Origin: Candidatus Muproteobacteria bacterium RIFCSPHIGHO2_12_FULL_60_33 | GTDB lineage: Bacteria > Pseudomonadota > Gammaproteobacteria > Acidiferrobacterales > Sulfurifustaceae | Direction of reading: 5' to 3' | NCBI GenBank assembly: GCA_001785195.1 | Contig: MFTB01000014.1 | Coordinates: 1-61,338 of the forward strand | Length of the DNA stretch: 61,338 nt | Shown: positions 31,565 through 43,151 of the stretch, in pieces | Position numbering within the stretch: position 1 is the first letter of the stretch | Layout of the letters: each line of letters begins with the position of its first letter | Made by a program: the position numbers and the translations under genes | The notes under the pieces: model-generated | What the model was told of the DNA's origin: nothing | What the model saw: the letters and a program-made list of their open reading frames with translations, nothing else | The model's database searches: none

Positions 31565-32701
31565 CTAGTCGGCCTGCTTGCGCAAGAACGCCGGGATGTC
31601 CAGATACTCAATGGCCGCCTCGGATGTCGCGGCCAGCGGCCGCTCCGTGCGCCGGTTGCGAATCACCGTCGGGGTCTCGTAATCCTCGAAGTCGGTCGTG
31701 CCGGTGCCGGTCTTGACCACCTTGTACGGTTGCTTGCGCTGTTTCTCCTGGCCGAGGCCAGTCGCCACCACCGTCACCCGCAGTTCCTCGCGCATCTCGG
31801 GCTCGATCACGGTGCCGATCACCACGGTCGCATCTTCAGAGGCGAATTCCTTGATGGCATTGCCGACCTCCTCGAATTCGCCGATGGACATGTCGAGACC
31901 GGCCGTGATGTTGACCAGAATGCCGCGGGCACCGGAGATATTGATATCCTCCAGCAGCGGGCACGAGACCGCCGCAATCGCCGCTTCGCGGGCGCGCGAC
32001 GGACCACTGGCGGAAGCCGCGCCCATCATGGCCATGCCCATTTCCGACATCACGGTGCGCACATCGGCGAAGTCCACATTAATAAGTCCCGGCCGCGTGA
32101 TCAGTTCGGCAATGCCCTGCACCGCATTCTGCAGCACCTGATTGGCCTTGCCGAAGGCGTCCAGCAGCGTGGCGTCCTTGCCGAGTACCGTCAGCAGCTT
32201 GTCGTTCGGGATCGTTATTATGGAGTCGACGTATTGGCCCAGTTCTGCGATGCCCTGGTCCGCCACCCCCATGCGCTTGCGGCCCTCGAACGGAAACGGC
32301 TTGGTCACGACCGCGACGGTGAGAATATTCATATCCTTCGCGACCTGCGCCACCACCGGCGCCGCGCCGGTGCCGGTGCCGCCGCCCATGCCGGCGGTAA
32401 TGAACACCATGTCGGCGCCGGCGAGCGCCTCGGCGATGCGCTCGCGGTCCTCGACGGCGGCCTGGCGGCCGATGTCTGGATTGGCGCCGCAACCCAGACC
32501 CTTGGTGAGATTAGTACCCAGTTGCAGAATAGTCTTCGCCTGCGACCGCTTGAGCGCCTGCGAATCGGTGTTGGCGTTGATGAACTCCACGCCATCGATG
32601 CTGGCGGCAACCATGTGGTCCACGGCGTTGCCGCCGCCACCGCCGACACCGATTACCTTAATAACAGCTTGTTGCCCATAGGTATCCATCAGTTCAAACA
32701 T
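31565..32701 (-). CDS. ftsZ: Cell division protein FtsZ
   Basis: [10 protein letters not shown]-terminal [12 protein letters not shown]. Confidence 0.99.
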   Translation of the reverse strand: MFELMDTYGQQAVIKVIGVGGGGGNAVDHMVAASIDGVEFINANTDSQALKRSQAKTILQLGTNLTKGLGCGANPDIGRQAAVEDRERIAEALAGADMVFITAGMGGGTGTGAAPVVAQVAKDMNILTVAVVTKPFPFEGRKRMGVADQGIAELGQYVDSIITIPNDKLLTVLGKDATLLDAFGKANQVLQNAVQGIAELITRPGLINVDFADVRTVMSEMGMAMMGAASASGPSRAREAAIAAVSCPLLEDINISGARGILVNITAGLDMSIGEFEEVGNAIKEFASEDATVVIGTVIEPEMREELRVTVVATGLGQEKQRKQPYKVVKTGTGTTDFEDYETPTVIRNRRTERPLAATSEAAIEYLDIPAFLRKQAD

Positions 32702-32764
32702 GTGTTGCCTCCAGTGTAGGTTTCCTTGAATCTGTTGATCGAACCATCTGCCCGTTCCCCCGCG

Positions 32765-34006
32765 TCAAAAATTTCCCTGAAACCAGCTTTTCATTCTGCT
32801 CCAGACTCCCTTCACGCCCACGGCCGTACCCGGGTTCTGCACGTACTGCTTGCCTTCCCGGCACCGCGCCCCGTACAGCACCAGCCCCACGCCGGTAGCG
32901 AAGATCGGGTTCTGCACCACGCCTTTCAGGCCGCCGACGTACTGCGGCACGCCCAGGCGCACCGGCATGTGAAACACCTCTTCTGCGAGATCGACCACAC
33001 CTTCCATCTTGGCGCTGCCCCCGGTGAGCACGAGACCGCTGCCGATCACGTCCTCGAAGCCGCTGCGACGCAGCTCCGCCTGGACCAGGCTGTACAGTTC
33101 CTCGATGCGCGGCTCGATGACTTCGGCCAGCGTCTGGCGCGAGAGCTTGCGCGGCGGGCGGTCGCCCACGCCCGGCACCTCGATGGTTTCATCGCGATGC
33201 GCCAGTTGCGTCAGGGCGCAGCCGTATTTTTTCTTGATGTCCTCGGCGTATTGCGTCGGCGTGCGCAGCGCCACCGCAATGTCGTTCGTCACCTGGTCAC
33301 CGGCGATGGGAATCACCGCGGTATGGCGGATCGCCCCGTCGGTGAACACCGAGATGTCGGTGGTGCCACCACCGATGTCCACCAGGCACACGCCCAGTTC
33401 CTTTTCGTCCTCGGTCAGCGTGGAAATGCCGGAGGCCAGCTGCTCGAGAATGATGTCGTCCACCTCCAGCCCGCAGCGGCGCACGCACTTGACGATGTTC
33501 TGCGCCGCGCTCACGGCGCCGGTGACGATGTGCACCTTGGCCTCGAGGCGCACGCCGCTCATGCCGACCGGCTCGCGGATGCCCTCCTGCTTGTCGATGA
33601 TGAATTCCTGGGGAAGGATGTGCAGTATCTTCTGGTCCGCGGGGATGGCGAGCGCGCGCGCCGCCTCGATCACGCGTTCCACGTCGCCCTGCCCGACCTC
33701 CTTGTCCTTGATGGCAACAATCCCGTGCGAGTTGAAACTGGAGATATGCGAGCCCGCGATGCCGGCATAGACCGAATGAATCTGGCAACCGGCCATGAGT
33801 TCGGCCTCTTCCACCGCGCGCTGAATCGATTGCACCGTCGATTCGATGTTCACCACCACGCCCTTTTTCATTCCGCGCGAGGGGTGATGCCCCACGCCGA
33901 TGATCTCGACCTCGCCCGTTGGCGCGATTTCGCCGACGATCGCGAGCACCTTGGAGGTGCCGATATCGAGGCCCACGATCAGTTTTTCATCGTCTCGCTT
34001 CGCCAT
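32765..34006 (-). CDS. ftsA: Cell division protein FtsA
   Basis: GLDIGTSK, VDIGGGTTD, C-terminal amphipathic helix. Confidence 0.98.
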   Translation of the reverse strand: MAKRDDEKLIVGLDIGTSKVLAIVGEIAPTGEVEIIGVGHHPSRGMKKGVVVNIESTVQSIQRAVEEAELMAGCQIHSVYAGIAGSHISSFNSHGIVAIKDKEVGQGDVERVIEAARALAIPADQKILHILPQEFIIDKQEGIREPVGMSGVRLEAKVHIVTGAVSAAQNIVKCVRRCGLEVDDIILEQLASGISTLTEDEKELGVCLVDIGGGTTDISVFTDGAIRHTAVIPIAGDQVTNDIAVALRTPTQYAEDIKKKYGCALTQLAHRDETIEVPGVGDRPPRKLSRQTLAEVIEPRIEELYSLVQAELRRSGFEDVIGSGLVLTGGSAKMEGVVDLAEEVFHMPVRLGVPQYVGGLKGVVQNPIFATGVGLVLYGARCREGKQYVQNPGTAVGVKGVWSRMKSWFQGNF

Positions 34007-34008
34007 AT

Positions 34009-34932
34009 TTACCCCTTCTTGGCTGCTCCTGTCCGTTCCGTGCCAATGGCGTCCGTACGCCCCGGCGTGTCTCGCTGACCGGCGGCGTGTGCGCCGGCCT
34101 GCTGTACCGCAAACCCATTGGCATACCGCAGGTCCACCTGCGCGATTTCCGCGGCCTGGTGCCTCAGTGATTGCGCGTACACGCGAGCAAAACGTTCCAG
34201 TTTGTATTCGGGCTGGTCCCGATCCAGCACAATGACCATCGTCGCTCCCGGCATCCTGCCTCCCGTGCTGTACAGGGAGGTACTAATGTCGCGAGAAGCA
34301 GGAGGCTGGGAGCGACCGACACTTGGACGTCCCTGTACATCGCCATCGCCATTCGTTACTACTAACCGCCAGACGCGGCGCGGCGTCAGCGTGATGTGTT
34401 CCAGCTTCAGCCCGACTACCGCCAGGATCTGGCCGAGTTTTTTGTAATGTTCGAGCACCCGCGATCCGGTCCCCTCGGGACCCTCCAGCCGCGGGAGTTC
34501 AGCCGACGGATCGTTCAGGGTTACGCGAACTACGTCGCCCGCCTGATTGAGAAAAGTGCCGTTACTCCAACGCGCGGCGAGCTGCTGTTCGGTGAAGCGG
34601 ACGTGCACGTCCTGCGGCCACTGGCGGCGCACCGAAGCCTGGTAAACCCAGGGCAAGGATTCGACGCGCGCCTTCACCGCGTCGAGATTGAGCAGGAAGA
34701 AATTGCCGCGCACGACGTTCATCACGGCGGTTTCCAGTTCCGGCTGTGTCACGTGCTTGAATTCGCCCTCGAAACGCACATGCCGCACCGGAAAATTATC
34801 GGTGCGCAGCAGCCAATCGGCGCCGAAGGCCAGCACCAGCAACACCGACAGCAGCGAGAACAACAGCACCGCGGCCTTGAACAGGCTGATGCCTTCGTCG
34901 GTCTTTTCACGTACCGCCTCAGCGCCTCGCAT
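34009..34932 (-). CDS. ftsQ: Cell division protein FtsQ with a ~33-aa repeat-derived insertion
   Basis: POTRA ([14 protein letters not shown]), [11 protein letters not shown]; insertion at 34241-34339. Confidence 0.92.
   Translation of the reverse strand: MRGAEAVREKTDEGISLFKAAVLLFSLLSVLLVLAFGADWLLRTDNFPVRHVRFEGEFKHVTQPELETAVMNVVRGNFFLLNLDAVKARVESLPWVYQASVRRQWPQDVHVRFTEQQLAARWSNGTFLNQAGDVVRVTLNDPSAELPRLEGPEGTGSRVLEHYKKLGQILAVVGLKLEHITLTPRRVWRLVVTNGDGDVQGRPSVGRSQPPASRDISTSLYSTGGRMPGATMVIVLDRDQPEYKLERFARVYAQSLRHQAAEIAQVDLRYANGFAVQQAGAHAAGQRDTPGRTDAIGTERTGAAKKG
34241..34339. mobile_element. Nested pair of 48-bp palindromic elements inside ftsQ
   Basis: Outer copy split into 34241-34265 and 34317-34339; inner inverted copy at 34269-34316; both match 37286-37333. 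Confidence 0.85.
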
Positions 34933-35839
34933 CGGATGTCTCCAGGATACGCAACACCAGTTCATCGAAATTCATGCCCGCCTGCTTCGCCGCCTTGGGC
35001 ACGAGACTGTGATCCGTCATGCCCGGCACCGTGTTCACCTCGAGTACGTACGCGCGTCCGCCCTTGTCGAGCATGAAATCCACCCGTCCCCAGCCGGTGC
35101 AACCGAGCGCCGCGAACGCCCGTTGCGCCAGCGCCTGGATCGCACGCTCCTGGTCCGCGGGCAGGCCGCAGGGGCAGAGGTAGCGCGTGGTATCGAGGAT
35201 GTATTTCGCTTCGTAATCGTAGAACTCGCGGTCGGTCTCGATCCTGATCAGTGGCAGCGCCTGATCGCCGAGAATCCCGCAGGTGATCTCGGCGCCGTCG
35301 ATGAAACGCTCGGCCATTACCTGATCGTCGTACTTGGCCGCGCTCTTCCACGCCGCCTTCAGCTCGATCACCGTTCTGGCCTTGCTCACGCCGAGGCTCG
35401 AGCCCTCGCGTACCGGTTTCACGAAAACCGGCAAGCCGAGCGTCGTGGCGATCTTGTCGAAATCAGTGCCGGCTTCGAGCACGGCGTATTCCGGTGTTGG
35501 AATGCCGGCCGCGGACCAGAGATATTTGCCGCGCAGCTTGTCCATACCGAGCGCCGACCCGAGCACGCCGCTGCCGGTATAGGGAATATCGAGCACCTCC
35601 AGCGCGCCCTGGATCACGCCGTCCTCGCCCCAACGACCGTGCAGCACAATGAACACGCGCCCGAATTTCCCGTCCTCCAGCAACCGCAGGGTGGATTTGT
35701 CGGCATCGAAGCCATGGGCATCGATCCCTTTACGCTTCAACGCGGCGAGCACGGCGTTGCCGCCCTTGAGCGACACCTCGCGCTCCGCGGACGGGCCGCC
35801 CATCAGCACCGCCACCTTGCCGAAGTTTTTTGGATTCAT
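34919..35839 (-). CDS. ddl: D-alanine--D-alanine ligase
   Basis: [35 protein letters not shown]. Confidence 0.97.
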   Translation of the reverse strand: MNPKNFGKVAVLMGGPSAEREVSLKGGNAVLAALKRKGIDAHGFDADKSTLRLLEDGKFGRVFIVLHGRWGEDGVIQGALEVLDIPYTGSGVLGSALGMDKLRGKYLWSAAGIPTPEYAVLEAGTDFDKIATTLGLPVFVKPVREGSSLGVSKARTVIELKAAWKSAAKYDDQVMAERFIDGAEITCGILGDQALPLIRIETDREFYDYEAKYILDTTRYLCPCGLPADQERAIQALAQRAFAALGCTGWGRVDFMLDKGGRAYVLEVNTVPGMTDHSLVPKAAKQAGMNFDELVLRILETSDARR

Positions 35840-35962
35840 ATAAATAATTTCTTTGAAACCGCAGATAAACGCTGATGAACGCGGATTAGAAAACAACCGC
35901 ACATTAACCATTCGTCTTCACATCTGCGTTTATCTGCGTTCATCTGCGTTCCAGAATTATTA
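35840..35962. repeat. Short-period inverted repeat element between murB and ddl
   Basis: AACCGCAGATAAACGCTGATGAACGCGGAT ... ATCTGCGTTTATCTGCGTTCATCTGCGTT (about 10-bp units). Confidence 0.8.
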
Positions 35963-36858
<896 letters not shown>

Positions 36859-36862
<4 letters not shown>

Positions 36863-38310
36863 TCTTTTCCTCTCTTGCCCAGCGCCTGCGGGAGCGAGGC
36901 GGCGATGCTTCCGATCGAACCCGCTCCCAGGGTGAGCAGCACGTCGTTGCCATGCAGCACGTCAGTCAGCACCTGCGGCAGCGTGCTCACGTCCTCTATG
37001 AAAATCGGGTCGACCTTGCCGCGCGCACGAATCGCGCGGCACAGGGCGCGGCCATCCGCCCCGCTGACCGGTTTTTCGCCCGCGGCATAAACCTCGGTGA
37101 CGATCAGCATGTCGAGCCCGGCCAGCACGGTGCTGAAATCGTCCAGCAGATCGTGCGTGCGCGTATAACGATGCGGCTGGAACACGACGACGAGCCGGCG
37201 CTGCGGCCAGCTGGCGCGCGCCGCCGCGACGGTCGCGGCGATTTCACGCGGATGATGCGCGTAGTCGTCCACCAGAATCACGTCGGTCGCTCCCGACGTC
37301 CTGTCCCCCGCGACACTGGTACGTCCCTGTACGTCGCCGCCCCACGGTATGATTCCGTTAATCTGGAAACGCCGCCCGATGCCGCCAAAGCCGGCGAGCG
37401 CGCGCGTGATGGCCGCCTCTTTCACACCGAGTTCATGCGCGATGCCGATGGCCGCCAGCGCATTCAGCACGTTGTGATGTCCCGGTTGATTCAGTTCGAC
37501 CGTCAGCCAGTTCTTCTGGCCGCGCAGCTCGACAGTGAAATGCATCCGGGTTTCCTGCTGGCGGATGCTCACCGCGCGCAGATCGGCTTCCGGCGCCGTG
37601 CCATAGGTCAGCACCGGGCGATGTACCCGGGGAATGATCTCGCGTACCACCGGGTCATCGATGCACAGCACGGCCAGTCCGTAGAACGGAAGTTGCTGCA
37701 GGAAATCGACAAAGGCCTGCTTCAGACGATTGAAATCGCCGCCATAGGTGGCCATGTGATCGGCATCGATGTTGGTCACGACCGCCATGAACGGGGAAAG
37801 GTGCAGAAACGAGGCGTCGCTTTCATCGGCCTCCGCCACCAGATACTGCCCGCGACCGAGCCGCGCGTGCGTGCCGGCACTGTTGAGGCGGCCGCCAATC
37901 ACGAAGGTCGGATCGACTCCACCCTCGGCCAGGCAGCTGGCGATCAGGCTGGTGGTGGTGGTCTTGCCGTGCGTGCCGGCGATGGCGATGCCGCGTTGCA
38001 GGCGCATCAATTCGCCCAGCATTTCGGCGCGCGGAATTACCGGTATCCGCGCGGCGCGCGCGGCGCGGACCTCCGAGTTGGTTTCGTCCACGGCGGAGGA
38101 CACCACCACCACGTCCACGGCTTTGACGAGTTGTGGATCGTGGCCAATGGCGACCTTCACACCGAGGGAAGTCAGGCGCCGGGTATTGGGCGATTCGCGG
38201 ACATCCGATCCGGAGACCTCGAACTGAAGGTTGTGCAGCACCTCGGCGATGCCGCACATGCCGGCACCGCCGATGCCGACAAAATGCACGCGTCTCACGC
38301 GGTCACGCAT
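36859..38310 (-). CDS. murC: UDP-MurNAc--L-alanine ligase with a 17-aa insertion
   Basis: [40 protein letters not shown]. Confidence 0.97.
37286..37333. mobile_element. 48-bp palindromic element in frame inside murC
   Basis: GTCGCTCCCGACGTCCTGTCCCCCGCGACACTGGTACGTCCCTGTACG, flanked by TCG on both sides. Confidence 0.85.
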
Positions 38311-39379
38311 GTGCGCTCTCGATACAAAGGTTAGCCACGGTTTCAGCGGCATCGGTGACGGCCAGATGGCGCGCGGCACGCGCCATCTTGAGCAACAATT
38401 CGCGATTGGCGGCGAAGCCGGACAGCAGCTCACGCAGCCGTTCGCCGGTGAATTCCTGTTGCGGGATGAGCACCGCCGCGTCGCGCTCGGACAGAAACCG
38501 CGCGTTGGCCGTCTGATGATCGTCCACCGCGTGGGGATAGGGCACGAGAATCGCGGCCGACCCCGAGGCCGCCAACTCGGCGATCGTCATGGCCCCGCCG
38601 CGGCACAGCACCACGTCCGCCCAGGCATAGGCCTGCGCCATGTCGTCAATGAATTCCGTCACCTTGACCGGCACGTCGCCGTAGGCGCGCCGCACCGATT
38701 CCGCGGCATTACGTCCACACTGATGCCAGATCTCGGGGCGGACATCGTCGGGCAATTCCTGCACGGCGTCGGGCACGACGTCATTGAAAATCCTGGCGCC
38801 CTGGCTGCCGCCGACGACCAGCAGTCTCAGCCTGCCGCGGCGTGAAGCCAGCCTCTGTTCCGGCGACGGCAGCGCGGCAATCTCGTCGCGCACCGGATTG
38901 CCGACCGGACGCGCGGCGATGTGCCTACCGAAGGCCTCGGGAAAACCGCACAACACCTGATCGGCGAGCGGCGCGAGCCACTTGTTGGTCATGCCCGGGA
39001 TCGCATTCTGTTCGTGAATGAGCAACGGCGTGCGCGTGAGGCTCGCCATGAGTCCGCCCGGGCCGGCGACGAATCCACCCATGGACAGCACCACGTCCGG
39101 CTTGCGGCGGCGCAGCACGCGCCAAGCCTGCCACATCGCGATCTCGAGATGCAGCGGCAACAGCAGCCAGCGCATCCAACCCTTGCGCCGCACGCCCTGA
39201 ATCGTCAGCCATTCCATCTCGATCGTGAGCCCCGAGGCCGGCACCGCGTGCGCCTCCAGGCCACGGCGCGTGCCGAGCCACACCACCTGCACGCGCTTCT
39301 CCAGCAGCCGGCGCGCCACCGCCAGGGCCGGAAACACATGTCCGCCGGTGCCGCCCGCCATGATCAGCACGCAACTCAC
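38303..39379 (-). CDS. murG: MurG glycosyltransferase
   Basis: [25 protein letters not shown]. Confidence 0.97.
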   Translation of the reverse strand: MSCVLIMAGGTGGHVFPALAVARRLLEKRVQVVWLGTRRGLEAHAVPASGLTIEMEWLTIQGVRRKGWMRWLLLPLHLEIAMWQAWRVLRRRKPDVVLSMGGFVAGPGGLMASLTRTPLLIHEQNAIPGMTNKWLAPLADQVLCGFPEAFGRHIAARPVGNPVRDEIAALPSPEQRLASRRGRLRLLVVGGSQGARIFNDVVPDAVQELPDDVRPEIWHQCGRNAAESVRRAYGDVPVKVTEFIDDMAQAYAWADVVLCRGGAMTIAELAASGSAAILVPYPHAVDDHQTANARFLSERDAAVLIPQQEFTGERLRELLSGFAANRELLLKMARAARHLAVTDAAETVANLCIESAHA

Positions 39380-40539
39380 GATTCCCCCCAGTCACCGGTA
39401 CGCGCCTCGCGTCCGATCAGGAGCAACAAACCCATCGCCATACAGCTCGCCAGCATGCTGGAGCCGCCGTAGCTCACGAACGGCAGTGTCAGCCCCTTGG
39501 TCGGCAGCAGACCCATGTTCACGCCCATGTTGATCATGGCCTGGCCGCCGAGCAGCAGGCCCAGGCCCTGCGCCAGACGCGCGCTGTATATCTGGCCGGC
39601 GGCCTCCGCCTGGCGCGCAATGATGAAGGCGCGCACGATGATGATGCCGAACAGCGCCATCATGGCGAGCACTGCCACCAGCCCAAGCTCTTCAGCCATC
39701 ACGGCAAACACAAAATCGGTGTGCGCCGCGGGCAGATAAAAGAGCTTCTGCACGCTCGCCCCCAGTCCCGCGCCAAACCACTCGCCGCGTCCGAAGGCGA
39801 TCAGCGCCTGCACCAGCTGAAAACCGGTGTTGAACGGATCCGCGAACGGGTCCATGAAACTCGTCGTCCGCGCCATGCGATACGGCGAGATGATCGTAAG
39901 CAGCACCATGCTGCCGGCGCCGGCGCCGAGAACCATCATGAAGTGCCAGAAACGCACGCCGCCGAGGAACAGCATGGCGAACACCGTCACGGTGATCACT
40001 ACCAGCGAACCCATGTCGGGTTCCATCAGCAGCAACGCCCCGATCACCGCGACCACGAGACTGACCATCACGATGCCCTGGGTAAAATTCCTGAGCGCCT
40101 CCTGCTTGCGCACCAGATAGCCCGCGACGTACACCACCGCGAAGAGCTTCATGAATTCCGACGGTTGCAGGTTCACGATGCCGAGCCGGATCCAGCGCGT
40201 GCTGCCGTTGACGTGCGCGCCGATGCCCGGCAGCAGCACGACGGACAACGAGACGATCCCGATCAGCAGCAGATACGGCCCGGCCTTTTCCCACCAGCGC
40301 ACACGCGTGCGCACGGTGAACGCCATGAGCAGGAGGCCCAGTATCGTGTAGCCGGCATGGCGGATGAGGAAATAGGCGCTGTTGTTCATTTCGCGGTCGG
40401 CGTAGGCGACCGACGCCGAGTACACCATGATCACGCCGGCCGCGAGCAGCACGAAGGTGCAGCCCAGCAGCCACGGGTCCCACACCGGACGCGCCCGGCC
40501 GGCCGCGCGCACGCCACCTGTCATGACCGCGGCCATCAT
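39376..40539 (-). CDS. ftsW: Peptidoglycan polymerase FtsW
   Basis: LQPSEFMK, YLPAAHTDF, LPTKGLTLPFVSYGGSS; ATGA overlap with murD. Confidence 0.96.
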   Translation of the reverse strand: MMAAVMTGGVRAAGRARPVWDPWLLGCTFVLLAAGVIMVYSASVAYADREMNNSAYFLIRHAGYTILGLLLMAFTVRTRVRWWEKAGPYLLLIGIVSLSVVLLPGIGAHVNGSTRWIRLGIVNLQPSEFMKLFAVVYVAGYLVRKQEALRNFTQGIVMVSLVVAVIGALLLMEPDMGSLVVITVTVFAMLFLGGVRFWHFMMVLGAGAGSMVLLTIISPYRMARTTSFMDPFADPFNTGFQLVQALIAFGRGEWFGAGLGASVQKLFYLPAAHTDFVFAVMAEELGLVAVLAMMALFGIIIVRAFIIARQAEAAGQIYSARLAQGLGLLLGGQAMINMGVNMGLLPTKGLTLPFVSYGGSSMLASCMAMGLLLLIGREARTGDWGES

Positions 40540-41876
40540 GTCAGCTCTCCGCGCACCGCCGCGCGGAAAACTTCGGCGCGGTGCTCGTAATTGCGGAACA
40601 TGTCGAAGCTGGCACAGGCGGGCGAAAGCAGCACCACGTCTCCCGCTTGCGCCAGTTTCCTGGCGGTTTGCACGGCGCCGCGCATGTCCTGCGCGTGGTG
40701 CACCGGCACGGCCTTGCCGAGCGCGGCCTCGATCCGCGGCGCATCGCGTCCGATCAGCACCACCGCGCGTGCGTGCCGGGCGCAAGCCGGTTTCAAATCA
40801 CTGAAGTCCTGACCCTTGCCGTCACCGCCGGCAATGAGAATCACCGGCGACGTCATGCCGCTCAATGCCGCCACGGTGGCGCCGACATTCGTCCCTTTCG
40901 AATCGTCATACCAGCGCACGCCCTGGTGCTCGGTCACCAGTTCGGTGCGGTGCTTGAGCCCCTTGAACACGCGCACCGCGGCACAGGCCGACTCGGGTGC
41001 GACACCGACGGCCTCGGCCAGCGCCATGGCGGCCAGCACATTCGCCAGATTATGCCGGCCGGCAAGCGGCACCTCACGCGCCGGCATGAGCGGATGCTTT
41101 CCGTGCACCAGCCAGGTCTCGCCATGAATTTCATCAAGGCCGTAGTCCTGCACCGCGAACGGTCGGCCGAGTCCGAAACCGACCACGCGCCGGCCCGACT
41201 GGCGCATGCGCAGCACCAGGGGATCGTCGGTGTTGACCACCATGGTGCCGTTGCCGCGGAAAACCCGCGCCTTGGCCTCGGCGTATTCATCGATGTCGCG
41301 GTAACGGTCCATGTGATCCGGCGTGATGTTGAGCACCGTGGCGGCGCGCGCGTTGAGGCTGGCGGTCGTCTCCAGCTGGAAACTCGACAGCTCGAGCACG
41401 TATACGTCCGGTTCGGGGCGCGCGAGCAGCGACAGCGCCGGCACGCCGATGTTGCCGCCAACGGCGGTCTTGAGGCCCGCTTGCCGGCACATCTCGCCCG
41501 TCAGCGCCGTCACCGTGCTTTTACCGTTCGCGCCGGTCACGGCGATGACCGGGGCCGTCGCCTCGCGGGCGAACAGCTCGATGTCACCGATTGCTTCTGC
41601 ACCGTGTTCCACGGCGCGCGCGATTTTCGATTCCTTGACCGGCACACCGGGACTCACCACGAGCAGGCCCGGATCAGCGAAAAGCGCCGCGGGCAGGCTG
41701 CCGGTGTGCACCGTCACCTGCGGGAACTCGCGTCGCAGTTCCGCAAGCTTCGGCGGCTGCTCACGCGTGTCCACCACCGTGACGTCATGGCCACGCGCGA
41801 TGAGATGACGCACGCAGGAAAACCCCGTGAGCCCGAGGCCCACCACCAGCGCGCGTTTTGTTTCTGCCTTTTTCAT
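40536..41876 (-). CDS. murD: UDP-MurNAc-L-Ala--D-Glu ligase
   Basis: GANGKSTV, LELSSFQL, DDSKGTN, LSPACASFD. Confidence 0.97.
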   Translation of the reverse strand: MKKAETKRALVVGLGLTGFSCVRHLIARGHDVTVVDTREQPPKLAELRREFPQVTVHTGSLPAALFADPGLLVVSPGVPVKESKIARAVEHGAEAIGDIELFAREATAPVIAVTGANGKSTVTALTGEMCRQAGLKTAVGGNIGVPALSLLARPEPDVYVLELSSFQLETTASLNARAATVLNITPDHMDRYRDIDEYAEAKARVFRGNGTMVVNTDDPLVLRMRQSGRRVVGFGLGRPFAVQDYGLDEIHGETWLVHGKHPLMPAREVPLAGRHNLANVLAAMALAEAVGVAPESACAAVRVFKGLKHRTELVTEHQGVRWYDDSKGTNVGATVAALSGMTSPVILIAGGDGKGQDFSDLKPACARHARAVVLIGRDAPRIEAALGKAVPVHHAQDMRGAVQTARKLAQAGDVVLLSPACASFDMFRNYEHRAEVFRAAVRGELT

Positions 41877-41908
41877 CGCAACAACATTCACGTTCTGTCT
41901 TGACCTCT

Positions 41909-42035
41909 TCCCCTCACCCCTTGCCCAAATCGAAATAAAGACTCTCACCTACCTCCCCTCTCCCTTCGGGAGAGGGCAAAGGGTGAGGGGATCAACCCCT
42001 CATCCCCATCCCTTCTCCCTCAAGGGGAGAAGGGG
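41909..42035. repeat. CCCTCTCCC/GGGAGAGGG REP-like doublet between mraY and murD
   Basis: CCCTCTCCC-ttc-GGGAGAGGG...GGGTGAGGGG, inverted partner CCCCTCATCCC...CCTTCTCCC..GGGAGAAGG, and a partial copy at 41909. Confidence 0.7.
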
Positions 42036-42068
42036 GCGAGCCGAGGCGCGCTACGCGCGCTTTCTTTA

Positions 42069-43151
42069 TTACCGAATCTTCAACGTCGCCAACCCGATCA
42101 ACACCAGAATCAGCGAAATGATCCAGAAGCGCACGATCACGCGCGGCTCGGGCCAGCCCTTCAATTCAAAATGATGATGCAACGGCGCCATGCGGAAAAT
42201 GCGCTTGCCCGTGAGCTTGAACGACGCCACCTGCAGTATCACTGACACCGTTTCCATCACGAACACCCCACCCATGATGAAGAGCACGATTTCCTGGCGC
42301 ACCGACACCGCCACTGTCCCGAGTGCCGCGCCCAACGCGAGCGCGCCGATATCGCCCATGAACACCATGGCGGGATAGGTGTTGAACCACAGAAAACCGA
42401 GTCCGGCGCCGACGATGGCGCCGCAGAAGATCAGCATCTCGCCCGCGCCGGCGATGTAGGGGAAACCGAGGTAGGCGGAAAAATTGTAGTGCCCCATGAC
42501 GTAGGCGAAGACGCCGAGCGCGCCCGCGACCATGACCGCCGGCATGATAGCCAGGCCATCCAATCCGTCCGTCAGGTTCACGGCATTGCTGCTGCCCACG
42601 ATCACCAGATAGGCAAGCAGGATATAAACCGGACCCAGGTCAATGATGATGTTTTTGAACAGCGGCAAGATGAGCGCGGTATCGGCCGGGCTCTTGGCGG
42701 TGTAATAAAGGAACAACGCGATCGTCAGGCCGGAAACCGACTGCCAGAAAAACTTGGCCTTGGCGCCAAGGCCGCGCGGATCCTTATTAATGATCTTTTT
42801 GTAGTCGTCGACCCAGCCGATCGCTCCGAAGGACGCGGTGGCAAACAACACCGCCAGCACAAAACGGTTGGACAGATCGGCCCATAGCAGGGTGGAAACG
42901 GCGATCGCGACGATAATCAGCGCCCCGCCCATGGTCGGCGTGCCGGCCTTGGCGAGATGGCTCTGGGGACCGTCCTTGCGCACGGTCTGGCCCAGCTGGT
43001 GCACGCCCAGACGGCGGATCATGGCCGGCCCGATCCAGAAGCTGATCAGGAGCGCCGTCAGCACGCCCAGGATCCCACGCAGCGTGAGATAACGAAACAC
43101 GTTGAAAAACGAGAAGTCCCGCGCCAGCGATTCGAAAAGATAATAGAGCAC
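42069..43151 (-). CDS. mraY: Phospho-MurNAc-pentapeptide transferase
   Basis: [29 protein letters not shown]. Confidence 0.98.
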   Translation of the reverse strand: MLYYLFESLARDFSFFNVFRYLTLRGILGVLTALLISFWIGPAMIRRLGVHQLGQTVRKDGPQSHLAKAGTPTMGGALIIVAIAVSTLLWADLSNRFVLAVLFATASFGAIGWVDDYKKIINKDPRGLGAKAKFFWQSVSGLTIALFLYYTAKSPADTALILPLFKNIIIDLGPVYILLAYLVIVGSSNAVNLTDGLDGLAIMPAVMVAGALGVFAYVMGHYNFSAYLGFPYIAGAGEMLIFCGAIVGAGLGFLWFNTYPAMVFMGDIGALALGAALGTVAVSVRQEIVLFIMGGVFVMETVSVILQVASFKLTGKRIFRMAPLHHHFELKGWPEPRVIVRFWIISLILVLIGLATLKIR

